Shown piece by piece: positions 14,541 through 31,141 of a DNA stretch of 64,000 nt (positions are counted from its first letter, which is position 1; each line of letters opens with the position of its first letter). The notes beneath the pieces were generated by a model. That model was not told the DNA's origin, did no database searches, and worked only from the letters and a program-made list of their open reading frames with translations. The translations under genes were made by a program, and so were the position numbers. Origin of the DNA: Eledone cirrhosa (taxonomy: Eukaryota); the NCBI GenBank assembly GCA_964016885.1, contig OZ024755.1, positions 25,234,001 through 25,298,000 of the forward strand, given 5' to 3'.

Positions 14541-15010
14541 TTATCAATGTTTGCACATATAATTACCCTCCTATTCAACTGAACAATAATATAGATACAT
14601 ATAAATTGATGTTGTGAGCAACAGTTTCGTATTTACAGGGTGGAATGGATGTGACATATATTTTACGAGAATTGTACAATAATTGTACAAACATTCAAGT
14701 TAAAATTCAAATCAAAATTAAAATTAAAACCAAAAGCACGGAATGGAATACATGCAACAGTTAAAACAAGGGAATAGTCCAAATATTAAAGAGGCATTGA
14801 GGAAGCATTTTTGAGAAAGGAAGAGTGCGATAACAAATCATATGCAGGCGTGTGGATAGTGTGACTGCGTAAGTCATATATATTAACTGCTCAGTAAAAC
14901 CACTGATGTTCATACATTGAGCTATTTCTCTTACTGGAAATAAAGTAATTAAGAAATTACTGACCTTCCTGTTTATAGTTGTTTATACTATATACATAAC
15001 TATAAATAGT

Positions 15011-15042
<32 letters not shown>

Positions 15043-16121
15043 AATGTAACATATTAAATATGTTAGAATTATGTGCTTCTCAATAAACAAGCTCAATAGA
15101 CATTATCCAGAGCAATAAGTCAAATGTAAAATATATATGTATATATATAGAGAGAGAGAGTAAGAATCATATATCTAAAGAAAACACAGTAATACAATAT
15201 ACTGTGTTTTCTCTGGATATATGGTTCTTTCTCTATATATACATACATATATCTTTTACATTTGACTTATATATATAAACATACAAACCTTATCGAGTCT
15301 TCTCTGGATTTTAGATTTGTATTTATTATCACTTATATATATAATATATATATCGTATATAGCGGCTTATAAGATGCCTGGGTTTATAAGACGCACTTCA
15401 TTTAGAGCAGGTATTAAAAAAATGGGTTGAAACTACGAATGTTAGGTGAAGGGTATAAAGTTTGTACATCCTATTTTTTATTGGCAGTATCGGTAGAGTG
15501 TCGGACGCCATTCTTTGCAGCATAGAGTTACGGCCCTTTATGATCTGAGTTCAAATCCCGCCGAGGTTAACTTTGCCTTTCATACTTACGAGGTCGATAA
15601 AATAAAGTACCAGTAATGCACTGGGATAATTGCTGGCCTTGTGCCAAATGTAGAAACAATTATTATTCTATTGCGTAATTCTAGTTGCAATATTTTAGTG
15701 GGAAAATATGTTTACTTTATTCTCTACATGGAATTTTTTGTTGAAATATTTACTACATTTTTAAAACAAAAGTAAGACAAGTGCATATCGATCGAAGATA
15801 TCGATTATTGATCACCTATTGTTTGAAACTTATTCAGACTCTCACCTATCAACAGATATAAAGGTATTTTGTGGTGTGTGGGTTATATCTAAAGAAAATT
15901 ACTCTGATGAGTAGCTCCTTGTCTTTCGTTGGCTTTTAGCGGAATCAGTAATCAATAATCGATGACTTGAATCGATTTCGACTTGTCTAACGTTCTCTTG
16001 TAGGTGTGAAATACTATTGTCAGAAATATTACTTACTCCACCTTAAGTATGTAGAATTTTTGCTGAGCATCATTTGTATTAAATATGTGTACACAATACT
16101 GTTTGTTTCTCAGACAATATA

Positions 16122-16228
<107 letters not shown>

Positions 16229-16336
16229 ATGTGTGTATATATATATATATTTAGGAAAGTAAAAAAACAACGCAGGAGTACAAGTTACAAAAGGTATTAG
16301 GTTCACGCTTAGTGAGAGTGGGGGATATATATATGC

Positions 16337-16371
<35 letters not shown>

Positions 16372-17157
16372 TTTCCAGCTGTTTATGGGGGGCCAATAAA
16401 TTGTGATCATGAAGAGATGTTTTCAGTGAGATTAGGCGGCGAGTCCTATAGTTTTTTTTGGGGGGTAGGTACTCATCGCGTAAGATTTCCTCGAAGAATC
16501 TGTTCAGATCAAAGAATCATTTATATATATATATGTATGTATGTGTGTATTGAACACTGAAAATAAAACAAACGTCGGAGCCTTTCAGAGGGTTGATTGA
16601 TCGTGGTGGATCGATATATCGATGAAACAGGTAGCGACCTAACCACTACCTACTAGTCGATATATCGGTCTACCAAGATCAACCAACCCTCTGAAACGAT
16701 CATAAAACAATGAACTAATTAACTACCGAACACCGACTTTTTATTTATTTTCATTGTTCAATACGCACGCACACGCACCCCCACCCCCCATACACACATA
16801 TATAGGACTAGCGTCCGAAATGTTAAGACCCTCTTCCCGCTATTTCAAGCGTTAACCTAATATATTCCTTCCACACCACAACCCCAAACAACACTCCACA
16901 CATCACACCACACACCATATTACATCCACACGGATCACACAGATTAAATTGATCTGCTGCTGCTACTACTACTACTAATAATAATACTACTACTACTACT
17001 ACTACCACTACAACTATTACTACTACTATTCACTCTACCCCTACCAGAGCCACGTGTATATTTCCACTCTTACTCCATGTACATGTACGAATGAGTGCTG
17101 AAAAGGATCAGTTAATTATGATTTAATTCAACATATTCCCCTCTCAGATTCACACAC

Positions 17158-17520
17158 TTATTGCAGCGGTCCTACCTCCCCAGTAAAGGTAACAGTCTTG
17201 TAACAGCATTGCAGCGGTCCTACCTCATCAGTAAAGGTAGCAGTTTTGTAACAGCATTGGAGCGGCCCCATCTCCCCTGTAAAGGTAACAGTTTTGTCAC
17301 AGTATTGCAGCGGTCCTACCTCCGCAGTAAAGGTAACAGTCTTGTAACAGTTTTGCAGCGGTCCTAGCTCCCTAGTAAAGGTAACAGTTTTGTAACAGTA
17401 CCACCTCCCTGTAAAGGTAACAGTTTTGTAACAGTATTGCAGCGGTCCCACCTCTCCTGTCAAGGTAACAGTCTTGTAACAGTATTGCAGCGGTTCTACT
17501 TCCCCTTTAGAGGTAACAGC
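17158..17520. repeat. 48-bp minisatellite
   Basis: ttgcagcggtcctacctccccagtaaaggtaacagtyttgtaacagya, about 7-8 copies. Confidence 0.9.
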
Positions 17521-17654
17521 TCTACCCAATCGCGATATCCTTAAAGACAGGCACTTTTCATCGCCCCCTCGTATATCACCCACCCCCCTCCGTTCTCTCT
17601 CCTATATCTCTTTCCTCTACTTGTTTTTTGTAACTAATCCTACCATCTCTAATT

Positions 17655-18000
17655 CCATGTGTCTAACACACGTGGGTTTGCCTACAAAGACAGAAAACAG
17701 CACAGCTGCCATGACTTTCGGAAACATGTTCTCACGCTCAGAGTTGCTGAAGCATGGAACAAACTACCTGCATCAGTTCTTAGCTGCCGGGACACTGCAT
17801 CCTTTAAAACTCCCCTGCTTCCTGAAATTCGCCAACACTACACCTAATACTCCCCTCCATACACTTGCATGAATGTATCTGTGAGTATATCATGCCTCAT
17901 ACACTGTTCCCTTTCCTGATATTTGTACATTATTCTATGTACTATACATGCACCTTTGATGAGTTGTAGTGCACCTGAGCACTGTACACAATAATTTGAT
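17655..18000 (+). mobile_element. CR1-clade LINE 3' end
   Basis: SNTRGFAYKDRKQHSCHDFRKHVLTLRVAEAWNKLPASVLSCRDTASFK matches the CR1 ORF2 C-terminal pattern TRG..K..RK..F..RV...WN.LP..V.....FK. A putative 3' UTR follows. Confidence 0.75.
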
Positions 18001-18034
18001 TATTCATTCATTTTTCATTTCCTTATTACAGATC

Positions 18035-18211
18035 ATGGCCAACGGCACCATACAACAGAAGGACACAACTTTTACCAAAATATTTGTCGGAGGTCTTCCA
18101 TACCACACGTCGGATAAATCACTGCGGGAGTTTTTCGATCAGTTTGGAGAGATAGAAGAAGCGGTTGTTATTACGGATAGGCAGACGGGCAAAAGTCGAG
18201 GATATGGATTT
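18035..18211 (+). CDS. RBM24: RBM24/RBM38-family RNA-binding protein, first coding exon (N-terminal half of RRM)
   Basis: Translates [59 protein letters not shown], with RNP2 (IFVGGL) and the start of RNP1 (RGYGF), as in RBM24/38/SUP-12. Pyrimidine tract and AG acceptor at 18030-18031, so the exon starts at 18032. GTAAGT donor at 18212, phase 0. Confidence 0.96.
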
Positions 18212-18449
18212 GTAAGTATAACATCCAATTTTATTCAATATAGTTTCTCTCTCTCTCTCTGTATGTATGTTGGACCTCCGTCGACTACTACTACTACGAT
18301 GTCACGTTGTGCTCCTGAGCCAAACACTACCTTTCAAGTTGCTCCAGTCAACTCAGCTGAAAACGTGTTCTAGCAACAGCGACATCTATGAGTAAAATCT
18401 TAGATGGACTGGTATCCAATGAAAACAATATAATATCTGGCTTGCTGAG

Positions 18450-18830
18450 CCTCTGGGCTGGGGACAGGATGGATATAAGATCTAGGCTTAAACCAAGATG
18501 GATATAAGTGCAAGGCTGGGTATATGATCGATATAAGATCAAGGCTGGGCATAAGATCGATATAAGATCAAAGCTGGGGTCAAGGTGGATATAAGATCTA
18601 GACTGGGGACAAGATGGATATAAGATCGATATAAGATCTAGGCTGGAGACACGATCGATATAAGATCAAGGCTGGGGACAAGATCGATATAAGATCTAGG
18701 CTGAAGACAAGATGGATATAAGATCGATATAAGATCAAGGCTGGGTACAAGATCGATATAAGATCAAGACGGGACAAGATGGATATAAGATCGATATAAG
18801 ATCAAGGATGGAGACAAGATATAAGATCTC
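18450..18830. repeat. About 29-bp minisatellite with an 11-bp subunit
   Basis: Repeated aagatcgatataagatcaaggctggggac. Confidence 0.85.
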
Positions 18831-19764
18831 GCCTGATTATCTTCTAGGCATGAGACAAAATCGAGATGAACTGACCTGATAAACCGAAAGACTTGGGATA
18901 AAACTGAGATAATCTCTGGCCGAATGAGACTCTAGGGCTGGGATAGGCTTTAACATTTTAAAACTATAATTGGTCTGTAGTCTTGTTCAAGTGGCCGAGC
19001 ATTACACAGACAAGTATACCTTTAACGTAGTTCTCAAGGAGATTCAGAATAAGCTTCAGTGTCATAGGGCTGAACCCTTTGAATTACAGACGCTACTCCT
19101 TTTTGAAGGAAAGTCGATTAAATCGACGCCAGTGCATTACTGGTACTTTATTTGATCGATCCCGTAAGGATGAAAGGCAAAGTTAACCTCGGTGGGATTT
19201 GAACTCAGAACGTAAGGTGGCGTAACCCTATGCCGTGAAGCACGGTGTCCAACACTCTACCGATTCTGCCAATCCACCGCCCTTGTAGTAATAGTAATAG
19301 TAATTTGAAAATGTGAAGGTGCGTTGTTTAATACTTATGGTGTTCGAACCAGTATCGTAAGGTCTGGAGTTTGTAATTGACGTTTGAGGTGCTACAAATT
19401 TTCATATTCTTTGTTTAGTGTAAGGAGACCACAGTGGACACCATTATTCAAGGTGGTGGTTGAGGTGGGGTGGGGGGGGGGGAGTAGAGAAGAGAAGGGT
19501 TATGTCGTGGATATCTCTCGGCCGGAAACTTCGGAAAATCCAAGAACACATCCTGCGGGCCATGTCAACTTTCTTGTGTGCATGCCTTTGTATGTATAAA
19601 TATATATGTGAAAATATAGATGGGGATTTTACCAGTTTTAAACTATTAAGAGCATTGTTCGGTAGAATACTCGATACTTGGTATATATACTGGAATTAGC
19701 TAGAGCTCTCAGCCCTTGCTCCGACTCTTTTTAATATGATCTATAAATATGCGTATATATGTAT

Positions 19765-19834
<70 letters not shown>

Positions 19835-19879
19835 TTATATATATGTATATACGAGTGTATACACACACACACACATATG

Positions 19880-19923
<44 letters not shown>

Positions 19924-20519
19924 TTGTAAATCGTTAAAGATTTTTTTCAATCTCTAGAAGAATATAGCAAAGAAATTCTTTGTTCAATAATCCTTCACAG
20001 ATGGATTGTATCTTGAATTCAAAGGTCTATTTTTTTTATGACGTCGACTGAATATGTACTTTAAGAATATGAATATGTACTTTAAGAGTACACGTGTAGT
20101 GGAATACACAACCACATACTCTATGATACAAGATAAACTCTCACTTTCTGTGTTAAACTGATTCTGCTTTAGAATTATATTAAGGGTACACTTTCATTGA
20201 CAAGTTCAACGTTTATTTTATTGAATAAGTGAATGTTCATTGTTGATACTAAAAGAAACGATCGACTTTCGTCAAATCGTGCCGAGGGAACAATGTTTCC
20301 GTTGGTCTTTCCAATTGCTAATACTATCTATCAGTCGCAACGCCAGGTAGAAGGAGCAACGTGAAATAAAGTGTCTTGCTCAAGGACATAAAGCATCGCC
20401 TGGTCCAGGATTCGAACTCACAACCTTACGCTTGCGAATCCAATTCTCTAACCACTCAGCCACACGCCTTCACTACTGTTGATACTAACGGAAGATTAAT
20501 TATCATGTTTCTCAGAATG

Positions 20520-21080
20520 CCACGATGAAATGCACTCTGTAAAATGGTAGGTACCACGATAAAATGTACCCTGTGCACTCTGTAAAATGTTTGTTCCGGG
20601 ACCGCGATAAAATGCACCCAGTATGCTCTGTAAAATGGTCGTGCTGGTATCACGATAAAATGCACCCAATGCACTCTGTAAAATGGTTGTTCAGGTACCA
20701 CGATAAAATGCACCCTGTATACTCTGTAAAATGGTAGTTCTGGTCCTACAATAAAATGCACCCAGATAACTCTGTAAAAGGGTTGTGCTGGTACTAAGAT
20801 AAAGTGCTCCCAGTATACTCTGTAAAATGACCGTGCTGGTACCACGATAAAATGCACCCAGTACACTCTGTAAAATGGTGACTCTGGTACCACGATACAA
20901 ATCACCCAGTACACTCTGTGAAGTGGCTGGCAATAGTAAAGGCATCACACCGATACAAATATCCCGAAATGGAATGTATATGCAAAACGTGGTCATCTGA
21001 CCTGTCTAGTTTCAGAAGGTGACCACACATCCAACCAATGTCTCCATGGAAAACGGTCATAAAACAACGATGATTGTGAC
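20520..21080 (+). repeat. 39-bp minisatellite expanded inside a SINE-like element
   Basis: ggtaccacgataaaatgcacccagtacactctgtaaaat, about 10 copies, then the element 3' end (..catggaaaacggtcataaaacaacgatgat). Degenerate relatives at 25060-25780 (+) and 27340-27700 (-). Confidence 0.8.
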
Positions 21081-21926
21081 GAATGAAGCAGCTTGGATAA
21101 AATAAACTGCAGGCATTCAGTTGTGTACTTTGAGTTGTATACCTAACTGTAGAGACCTATATAGCACACACTCAACCCTCTCTCTCTCTCACACACTATT
21201 GCTCTCAGTTTCTCTTTCGGAAATACGCCTCACATCATTTGCGAATGTTGCCTAAGTTAAGCAGTTATCCTATCCAGGGGGAAATCAATCTCACACACAC
21301 CATCATTAAAACTACAGTCAAGCATCAGGAATTATGAGTCTCTTGAGGTTCCAAATGATATTTACCGTTTTCAAAACTCATTTATTTCTGCCATGGTTAA
21401 TAGTTTCATTAGTTTCAAAGTTGGAATTTTAATATTTTTGGCGAACTTCGCGATTTTCAAAATATGTCTTATCTCTTAATATATTTATTAGTATTATTTA
21501 AATGACTTTTTTTTTTTTTTTTTACAAAATCTAAAAATAAATAATTTCGGTTAATAAAGAAAGAAAACTTTCATAGCTAGTACACATGTGTAAAATTAGA
21601 TATGCATAATCACCTTTATAAGATTATTGTATGTACTTACGCACCTGTATTTACGCTACATACACACACATATATATCTCATTCTCTTGAATAACAACCA
21701 TTTTTCCTTTCACCTTTTCACTTAGCTTTCTTTTATATATTGATAATTCTCTCTCCTCCTCCTGATCTATTCTATTCTTCTTTTTCTCTGATGAAGTACT
21801 AACGTCCGAAAAGTTAAATGTATTTCCGTTTTCGTTTAAACGTTATACAAATAACATTTATCGTATTGTTTCTACACATGTTTGCTCTTATTACATTCTG
21901 GTGGTTGGTAACCTTGAATTCTGTGC

Positions 21927-21971
<45 letters not shown>

Positions 21972-22982
21972 TGTGTGTGTGTGTGTGTATGTGAGAGAGA
22001 ACGAAAGCGAGAGAGTGTGTGTGTGAGTGTGTATCTATGACATTACGATATGCAGACCCTTTCCCACTAACTAGTAGGCCATGCGCCCACTTTAGAAAAG
22101 AGCATGTTTACTAGGAGTATTATGGAAGCGAATCCAAAGGCGCAGTCTTCGTTCACACGTGAGAGCTAATGATCACTACATAATTACTTTGACCTACAAA
22201 TGCTGTTGTCTCCATAAAAAAGGTCCGGGGGAGGAGGGGACACGTTAGAAAATACCAATTCATTTCCTACAGAATCTATTAGCATGGTGGGAAATGTGAC
22301 AATCTATAAACCACACGCACACATACACACCTCCCTGCACAAACACGCACACACATTTCCCTGCACACACACACCATACGCACATTTACACATACATGTA
22401 TATGTATGCATATACATACATGTATATGTATGCACATATATGTATATGTATGCATGCATATATATGTAATTTGTGTATACAGGCATATATGTATATGAAT
22501 TGAGCTCACTCTGTGTTTGTATGTGTATATATGCGTGTATGTATGTATGTATGCATCTATGTACATGGTCGGGTCGTCGGCATGGGCATCACGGACGTGG
22601 CCTTTTAATCCTGCTAGGGACTTGTCTATGGCTAGCAATGACATGCATCACAAAAAGAAAATGTCACAAATCAAGCGATGCCTGTGCTTGAAGCTTTTTT
22701 AAATGAAGAAAGCCTCTGCACGGGGCCACACACACACATACATATCATCATCATCATCATCATCATCATCATTACCACCACCGTCTAACGCTATTTTCCC
22801 ATGCCAGCATGGGTTAGACAAGGTCGTCCTACGTTATGAGACAAGTCTAGCCAGTTGGCCGCGTCGTACCTTGCTCAAAAGTAACTGTATTTTGGCAGGG
22901 ATTTTACAGCTAGATGGCCTACCTAACACCAACCTCGTGTACAATGTGCATATACAAACATACATACATATATATACACACA

Positions 22983-23091
<109 letters not shown>

Positions 23092-23859
23092 CTGTTTGTG
23101 TGTGTTTATATCCCGAAAGGAGTCGTGTGATAAATAAATACAATGATTGAAATAATATGTAGTGATGTCGATATATGATATACTAAGTCATTTTAAGGTG
23201 GTGCCCCAACATGGCCGCAGTCTAATGCTTGAAACCGGTACTAATATAAAAGAGTAGCCTAGGTTTCTTCTTCTAAGGCCTAAAGTCCTTCTGTCCTAAT
23301 AGGTTGTTAGCCTTTTTCATTGGTTATGTAATATCTACAAACTCTACATAAGTTATGCAATAGCTATATACGTCGCATATCATGTAGATTATGCAATACC
23401 TACGATATACTACGAGTTACGCAATACATGTGAGATATTGTGAAATAAGAACTTTATCATATATAGAGATATATAGTTCTTATTCCACTTTGAAAATTTG
23501 TTGTGTCTACATAATCTTTTTTAAGTAGTTAGATTCGATTTAATTTCGTCAAATATTAGCGATTCTAGACTGATATGTAACACATACGATGAAACACGAG
23601 GCAGTGTTATGCAATAGATGTTATTCCCACTCTTCTGGATTGTGATGTTTTAAATTAATTTTCATTAATCTTTTGATACCAAACACTCTCAAAAAGCCAT
23701 TGGTTCTACATTACAGAACAAAAAATGTGTTTAGCCTTCAAACTTGCCTTGATTGAAACTGACCTATGATATTTGGTGTTCTAGATATGTTAATCTCACT
23801 TATCTATTTATCTAGCTACCTATCTGTCAATCTCTCCTATCTATCTATCTATCTATCTT

Positions 23860-24749
23860 CCACTTCGTCATTCTATAGAGGGTTGGTCCGCAGCAAGTGC
23901 GACGACGCGCTCGGTGAAACTCTAGGCGTAGAGGAAGATGAACTGGCCAGTCTGTTCGGTAGGACCTTCCGCCCGGGACCGATGGACAACTTCCAAAAGT
24001 CCCTGGCCTGGCAGTGCTACCGAGGAGCTCTACCAGTTCGAGACAAGCTCTACAGACATGGGCGCCCGGGCAGGGACCCTGCAAAAAAGATCTGTCCGAG
24101 GTGCGTGCGAGACGAAGAAACCGTCACGCACGCATTCATACACTGCCCGGGCGTCACTGACCTGTGGGGCTATGTAGAACGACTATTGTCGCGGGTGGGA
24201 CCAATCCAGTTGACCACCGAGTCCATTGTCATGATCAAACCGCCACCCTCCTTCAAAAACGAAGGAGAGGCGGTTTTCCTTTGTGTGATAGCTATGGCGA
24301 AAGAGGTTGTATGGTGGACAAGGTTGAAAGGGCTGAGGTCAGACACCTTTCTCTCCGGCCAACAACTGATTCTTTTTTTCAAATACCACTTTGGAAGAAG
24401 AATCAGGATGGAGAGAGAGGTGCCGTACCCCAGCAAGTTTTATGAAAGGTGGGTGAAAGTGGCGAGAATGGCCCGAGTGAATGGGCCTTCTCTCTATATC
24501 AGCCTGTAGGTTGAGGAAAAGGAGGAGGAGAGGAAAGGAGTACAAGCTCTTCGTACTCCTGGAGATGAGGGTTGCACATTTTTTTTCGGGGGTATGTGTT
24601 ACCCATATAAACTGTCTCCCTCTATTGGGGAAAATCGACTAACTTTTAAATTCCATCTGTGATAACATTTTACACGTTTTTATTGTATGTAAACTTCCCC
24701 CTTTGTATTTGTCCCCTTCTTTTGTGCCCCTGTGGCTAATAAAGAAATA
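23860..24749 (+). mobile_element. Tx1/L1-clade LINE 3' fragment with zf-RVT zinc knuckle and 3' UTR
   Basis: Open frame ...WQCYRGALPVRDKL...CPRCVRDEETVTHAFIHC... (CX2CX8HX4C). Stop at 24509, AATAAA at 24738, flanked by (TATC)n. Confidence 0.88.
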
Positions 24750-24765
24750 TATCTATCTGTCTATG

Positions 24766-24806
<41 letters not shown>

Positions 24807-24842
24807 CTAGAATAATACAATAATATCTCCTCCATTCCACAG

Positions 24843-24966
24843 GTAACAATGGCAACAAAGGAATCGGCAGAACGAGCCTGTAAGGATCCTAATCCTATAA
24901 TAGACGGCAGAAAAGCCAATGTTAATTTGGCTTATTTAGGTGCTAAACCAAGAGGAATTCAGACAG
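24843..24966 (+). CDS. RBM24: RBM24/RBM38-family, second coding exon (C-terminal half of RRM)
   Basis: Acceptor ctcctccattccacAG (AG at 24841-24842). 124 nt encoding [41 protein letters not shown](G), continuing in frame from GYGF. GTAAGC donor at 24967, phase 1. Confidence 0.96.
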
Positions 24967-26338
24967 GTAAGCTCTTCACACGTTCTTACTTCCATGTGAA
25001 ATATCTATTTATTTACCCTATTTATCCACCTAGAAAACTAACAAAATAACCGATAACCTCTTTAATGCTGGAAGCGTGATTAAATACATCCAGTATTGTC
25101 AAGTAAAGTAGTTGGTGTTATGAAAAATATCCAGTTGTAGAAACAGTCTCAAACAACGTTTTAAGACTACGGTACTTCAGTTGTGTTAAAGACCCAACCA
25201 CCCTAGTGCTGATGTATCAATAAAATACACCCAGTGTACTCTGTAAAGTAGTTTTGCTTGTGCCATGATTTAATTCAACTAGTGCACTATTTAAAGGGAT
25301 AATTTTGGTAATAAAATGTACCCAGTAGAACCAGTAAATCGCTAATTCTGGTGCCCGGATAAAATACACCCAGTACACCCTTTATAGTGGTAGCACTGGT
25401 GCTACAATAAAATGCACCTGTAACGTGGTAGTTCTGGTACCACGATAATATTCACCCAGTACACTTTGTGTTGTAGTTGGCGTTAGAAAATCAATGCCAA
25501 ATAAAGTGTTGAAAGGAAACTTCTATTGTGTCAAATACACAACTCCCTTCGTGCTGGTGTCACAATGAAATGCAATCAGTACACTCTGTAAATTCGTTGG
25601 CGTTAAGAAGGATTCCCAGCTGTAGAAACATAGCCTAAACCAACACTTATGTTAGTGATGTTGATTCTGGCCAATCAGGGTGGCTGTAGCTCCTATAAAT
25701 TATTGACATGATCAGTATTGACATAGCTAACCCATGACAGCATAGAAAAACGGGCGTTGAATGTCTGATTATGACATTATTTAACCCCAGGTTAGAAATG
25801 ACACATCAGAGTTATTGTACTAAATCTCTCCAAATTCTTAATTGTTTTCAAAGTTATTGGAAAAAAAATTGGTAGTTTCTTCAATTAGAAATATGATAAC
25901 GAATAAACAATAAGGTGTGCGATTTCTTGGAGATTTCACTGTTGTTTCTAGCACTTATAAGCTCCCGCCTAGTGTCGGTGTTTAGATAATAACATATGCA
26001 ATTTGCGGAAGACTTTAGCTGCTGTTTTTAACACTTATCGTTCCTCTTCGCATCGGCCACCTTCTTCGGTTCGCATGAATAGAAAGAGTGAAATAACCCA
26101 GTGGCGGGTAAATATCTATGAACAAATAACTATGTAAACGTTGGTGTCATGGGTGAGGGGCATGTGACAGATATACGCCCACACTTAGATATTTCTTATC
26201 AAATAACACGATGAAAGAGATATATACACACAAAGAACCGAACACATAACTTTTCAAAATACTTCATACACCAATAGTATTCAGATATATGTATGAAATG
26301 AATGTATCTATATATAGATTGTATACAGACAGTACACA

Positions 26339-26449
<111 letters not shown>

Positions 26450-26659
26450 TATGAAGAGAGAAGAAACATTTAGATATAATTAGTAATAAAATGTATCATA
26501 CCTAAACTGCTCCTAGATTCCTCGACTACGTAGTTTCGTGGCATAAACAAAAACAACACATCATAAAGATATAGAGTCCTTGCGAGGTCTGCCGACTTAT
26601 CAAGAGGATACCTCATTTTACTAGCTTCAAGAACGCGTCTACACAACGTGAGAAAGAAT

Positions 26660-26728
<69 letters not shown>

Positions 26729-26750
26729 CGTGTGTATATATATATATATA

Positions 26751-26960
26751 TAGTAGAGTGATAACAAAGGTTTATATAAGGAAAGGCTTCTACAGGACTA
26801 GAACTGTTTTCCTCGTATGAAATCATCAGGAATGCACATACGAATGAAACAGTTCTAGTCCTGTAAAAGACTTTTCTATATAAACGGCTGACGTCGCTCT
26901 ACTTATGTATTGAGTACCTTATTTACTGGGGTTATCCCCCACGCTACTCGGGACCAACAT
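26751..26960 (+). mobile_element. PLE-like fold-back plus tail, family 'GAAACAGTTCTAG'
   Basis: Inverted CTAGAACTGTTT / AAACAGTTCTAG arms, with CTGATGA on the - strand at 26823-26829. Relatives at about 7021-7143 and 8476-8662. Confidence 0.65.
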
Positions 26961-26961
26961 G

Positions 26962-27007
<46 letters not shown>

Positions 27008-28601
27008 TTATGTATATATAGTTCAAGAATAAACAAAACAAATACAGAGATTCAAAAACAAAATCGTGTTTGGTTCACGCTTGGGAATAATTAAATGAGG
27101 GTTTCAACGTATCGGACGTATGTCGTTCTTCAGGAAATAACAAAGTGTGGAGAGAGAGGGTTGGATCAATGGAGTTAGGAAAACAAACAACAAAGCACTT
27201 TATCTACGATAGTGTCTGTTCACTATTGCTGCTAGGCTATGTCAACCACAAGAAATTGCGTATAACGAGGTAATAGATTCAATCTAGAAATCTCATTGCA
27301 TTAATACAAGTTCAATACAGAGAGTACGGGATGAATATTAGCATAGTACCTGAACTACCACTTTACAGAGTGTCTTGGGTGCATTTTATTGTAGCACCAG
27401 AACTACCAGTCTAAAGGGTGTACTCGGTGAATTTTATCAGGGCACTTTACAGGTTCTACTAGATAAATTTTATCATTACCAAAATTACTTCTTTAAATAG
27501 TGTACGGCGTAGATTAAATGATGACGTCAGCAATACTACTTTACAGAATGCACTGGGTGCATTTTTTATGTATCAGCACTAGGGTAGTTGTGTCTTAAAT
27601 ATAACTGAAATATCGTCCTCTTAAAACGTTGTTTGAGGTAGTTTCTACACCTGGCTGGATGCTCTACCTAGCACCACCTACTGTAAAGTTCAACTTTTAA
27701 AAGCAGTTTACTACCCAGTCACCAATAATATGTATATGTTTGTTTGTTTGTTAAGGTAGGCCAGATACGCCAGCAAAACTTCGAAATAAACAGTCTCCTT
27801 TAATATCAAATATTATATTGCCTATATATATACAGTACATGAGTACTGAATTCAGTGCATTCATACTTGACGATCCTATATATATATATATAAAAACATG
27901 AGAAGAAAGAAGAATACTGCGTGGTTGCACATGGGTTACATATGATAAAATTAGTCCTTCGTCAGTGATTTGCCAACTATCATTGATATTTCATCGCATT
28001 AAAAATCATATACCTCAGGTTGGTGCGAGCAATAACTAAAAAAAGCTATTGGGACCAGTAAATCGCGTAAAGCGAAGGGGACAAGTATACAACATAGAAG
28101 GATGAAAGCAACGCAAAGATGGGAATATACAAGCAACATGGTTATCCGGTCAGCATAAGCAGGGTGGATTTCATGAGCGATCAGGATACAGACCGTCCGA
28201 CGTGAGTGAGGTGTGAGCAAGAAGGGACCCACTACTAGCCAAACGGGAGGAAGTGAGATGGGGAGAAACAGAGAGTGAGTGAGTGGAAGTGCGAGGAAGA
28301 GGTCAGTCGAGAGAAAGTGTAACTGACAGAGGGGGCGAAAGAAGGTGAGAGAAACAGAGGGAACGGGGAAGCAGTAAGAGAGAAACAGACAAACGCAGCC
28401 GAGGTAAATATATATAAAAAAAATGAGAAGAAAGAAGAATACTGCGTGGTTGCACATGGGTTACATATGATAAATATATATATATATATATATATACATA
28501 TATACATATATATACATATGATATATATATATACATATTATATATATATATATATATACATATTATATATTATATATATATATATATATACACATATTAT
28601 T

Positions 28602-28693
<92 letters not shown>

Positions 28694-28841
28694 TATATAT
28701 ATATATATATATTTATACATATTATATATATATATATATATATATAGGAACAAGTAAGACCCCGACGGCTGAGCTCAAGCCGTTTCGACGGCTAATTCTG
28801 GACCGTTATGGTCCACCTGGTTCCTTACCACATTTCCTTCG

Positions 28842-28910
<69 letters not shown>

Positions 28911-28940
28911 ATCAAAAGATGGTTAAAGGAGTTCCATGTA

Positions 28941-29007
28941 TTTTATTATGCGCATTTCAAAAACAAACATCATCATGCAATAATATTTGTGTTTTCATCA
29001 GATAAAA
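28941..29007 (-). ncRNA. Minimal hammerhead ribozyme motif
   Basis: Reverse complement reads TTTTAT-CTGATGA-AAAC...GTTTTT-GAAA-TGCGCA-TA-ATAAAA, with a palindromic stem III. It sits inside a fold-back at about 28906-29097. Confidence 0.65.
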
Positions 29008-29179
29008 CAGGAGGACATGATATGAAGGCTAAAAAACACTTGTGGATAGTTCAGTTTTAAATCAACATATCATATTTAACCATCTTTTGATCTTATATAT
29101 TATGTATACTCCAGTCCTACAAACTGTAGAGTGCTTCTTATCCGATATCTGCATTGTTTTATTGTACTACAATAAAACT

Positions 29180-29211
<32 letters not shown>

Positions 29212-29241
29212 CAAAGAACTACTGAAAACAACCTACTCCAA

Positions 29242-31043
<1,802 letters not shown>

Positions 31044-31086
31044 CAAGGCGGGTCTTCTCTGTTACTGAGTACCGCAATATATATAT

Positions 31087-31141
<55 letters not shown>

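Noticed and set aside
15352-15420. Possible Tc2/pogo-like TIR (TATCGTATATAGCGGCTTATAAGATGC..TATAAGACGCAC)
   Set aside because: Only one end is visible and there is no partner TIR or transposase, so support is insufficient.
17969-18373. 134-aa ORF as a complete single-exon gene
   Set aside because: Homology is limited to 18035-18211, bounded by canonical splice sites. The flanks are intronic.
23766-24509. 247-aa ORF as a host zinc-finger gene or RBM24 exon
   Set aside because: The N-terminus is TATC microsatellite and the remainder is a LINE ORF2 C-terminus whose 3' UTR recurs elsewhere in the window.
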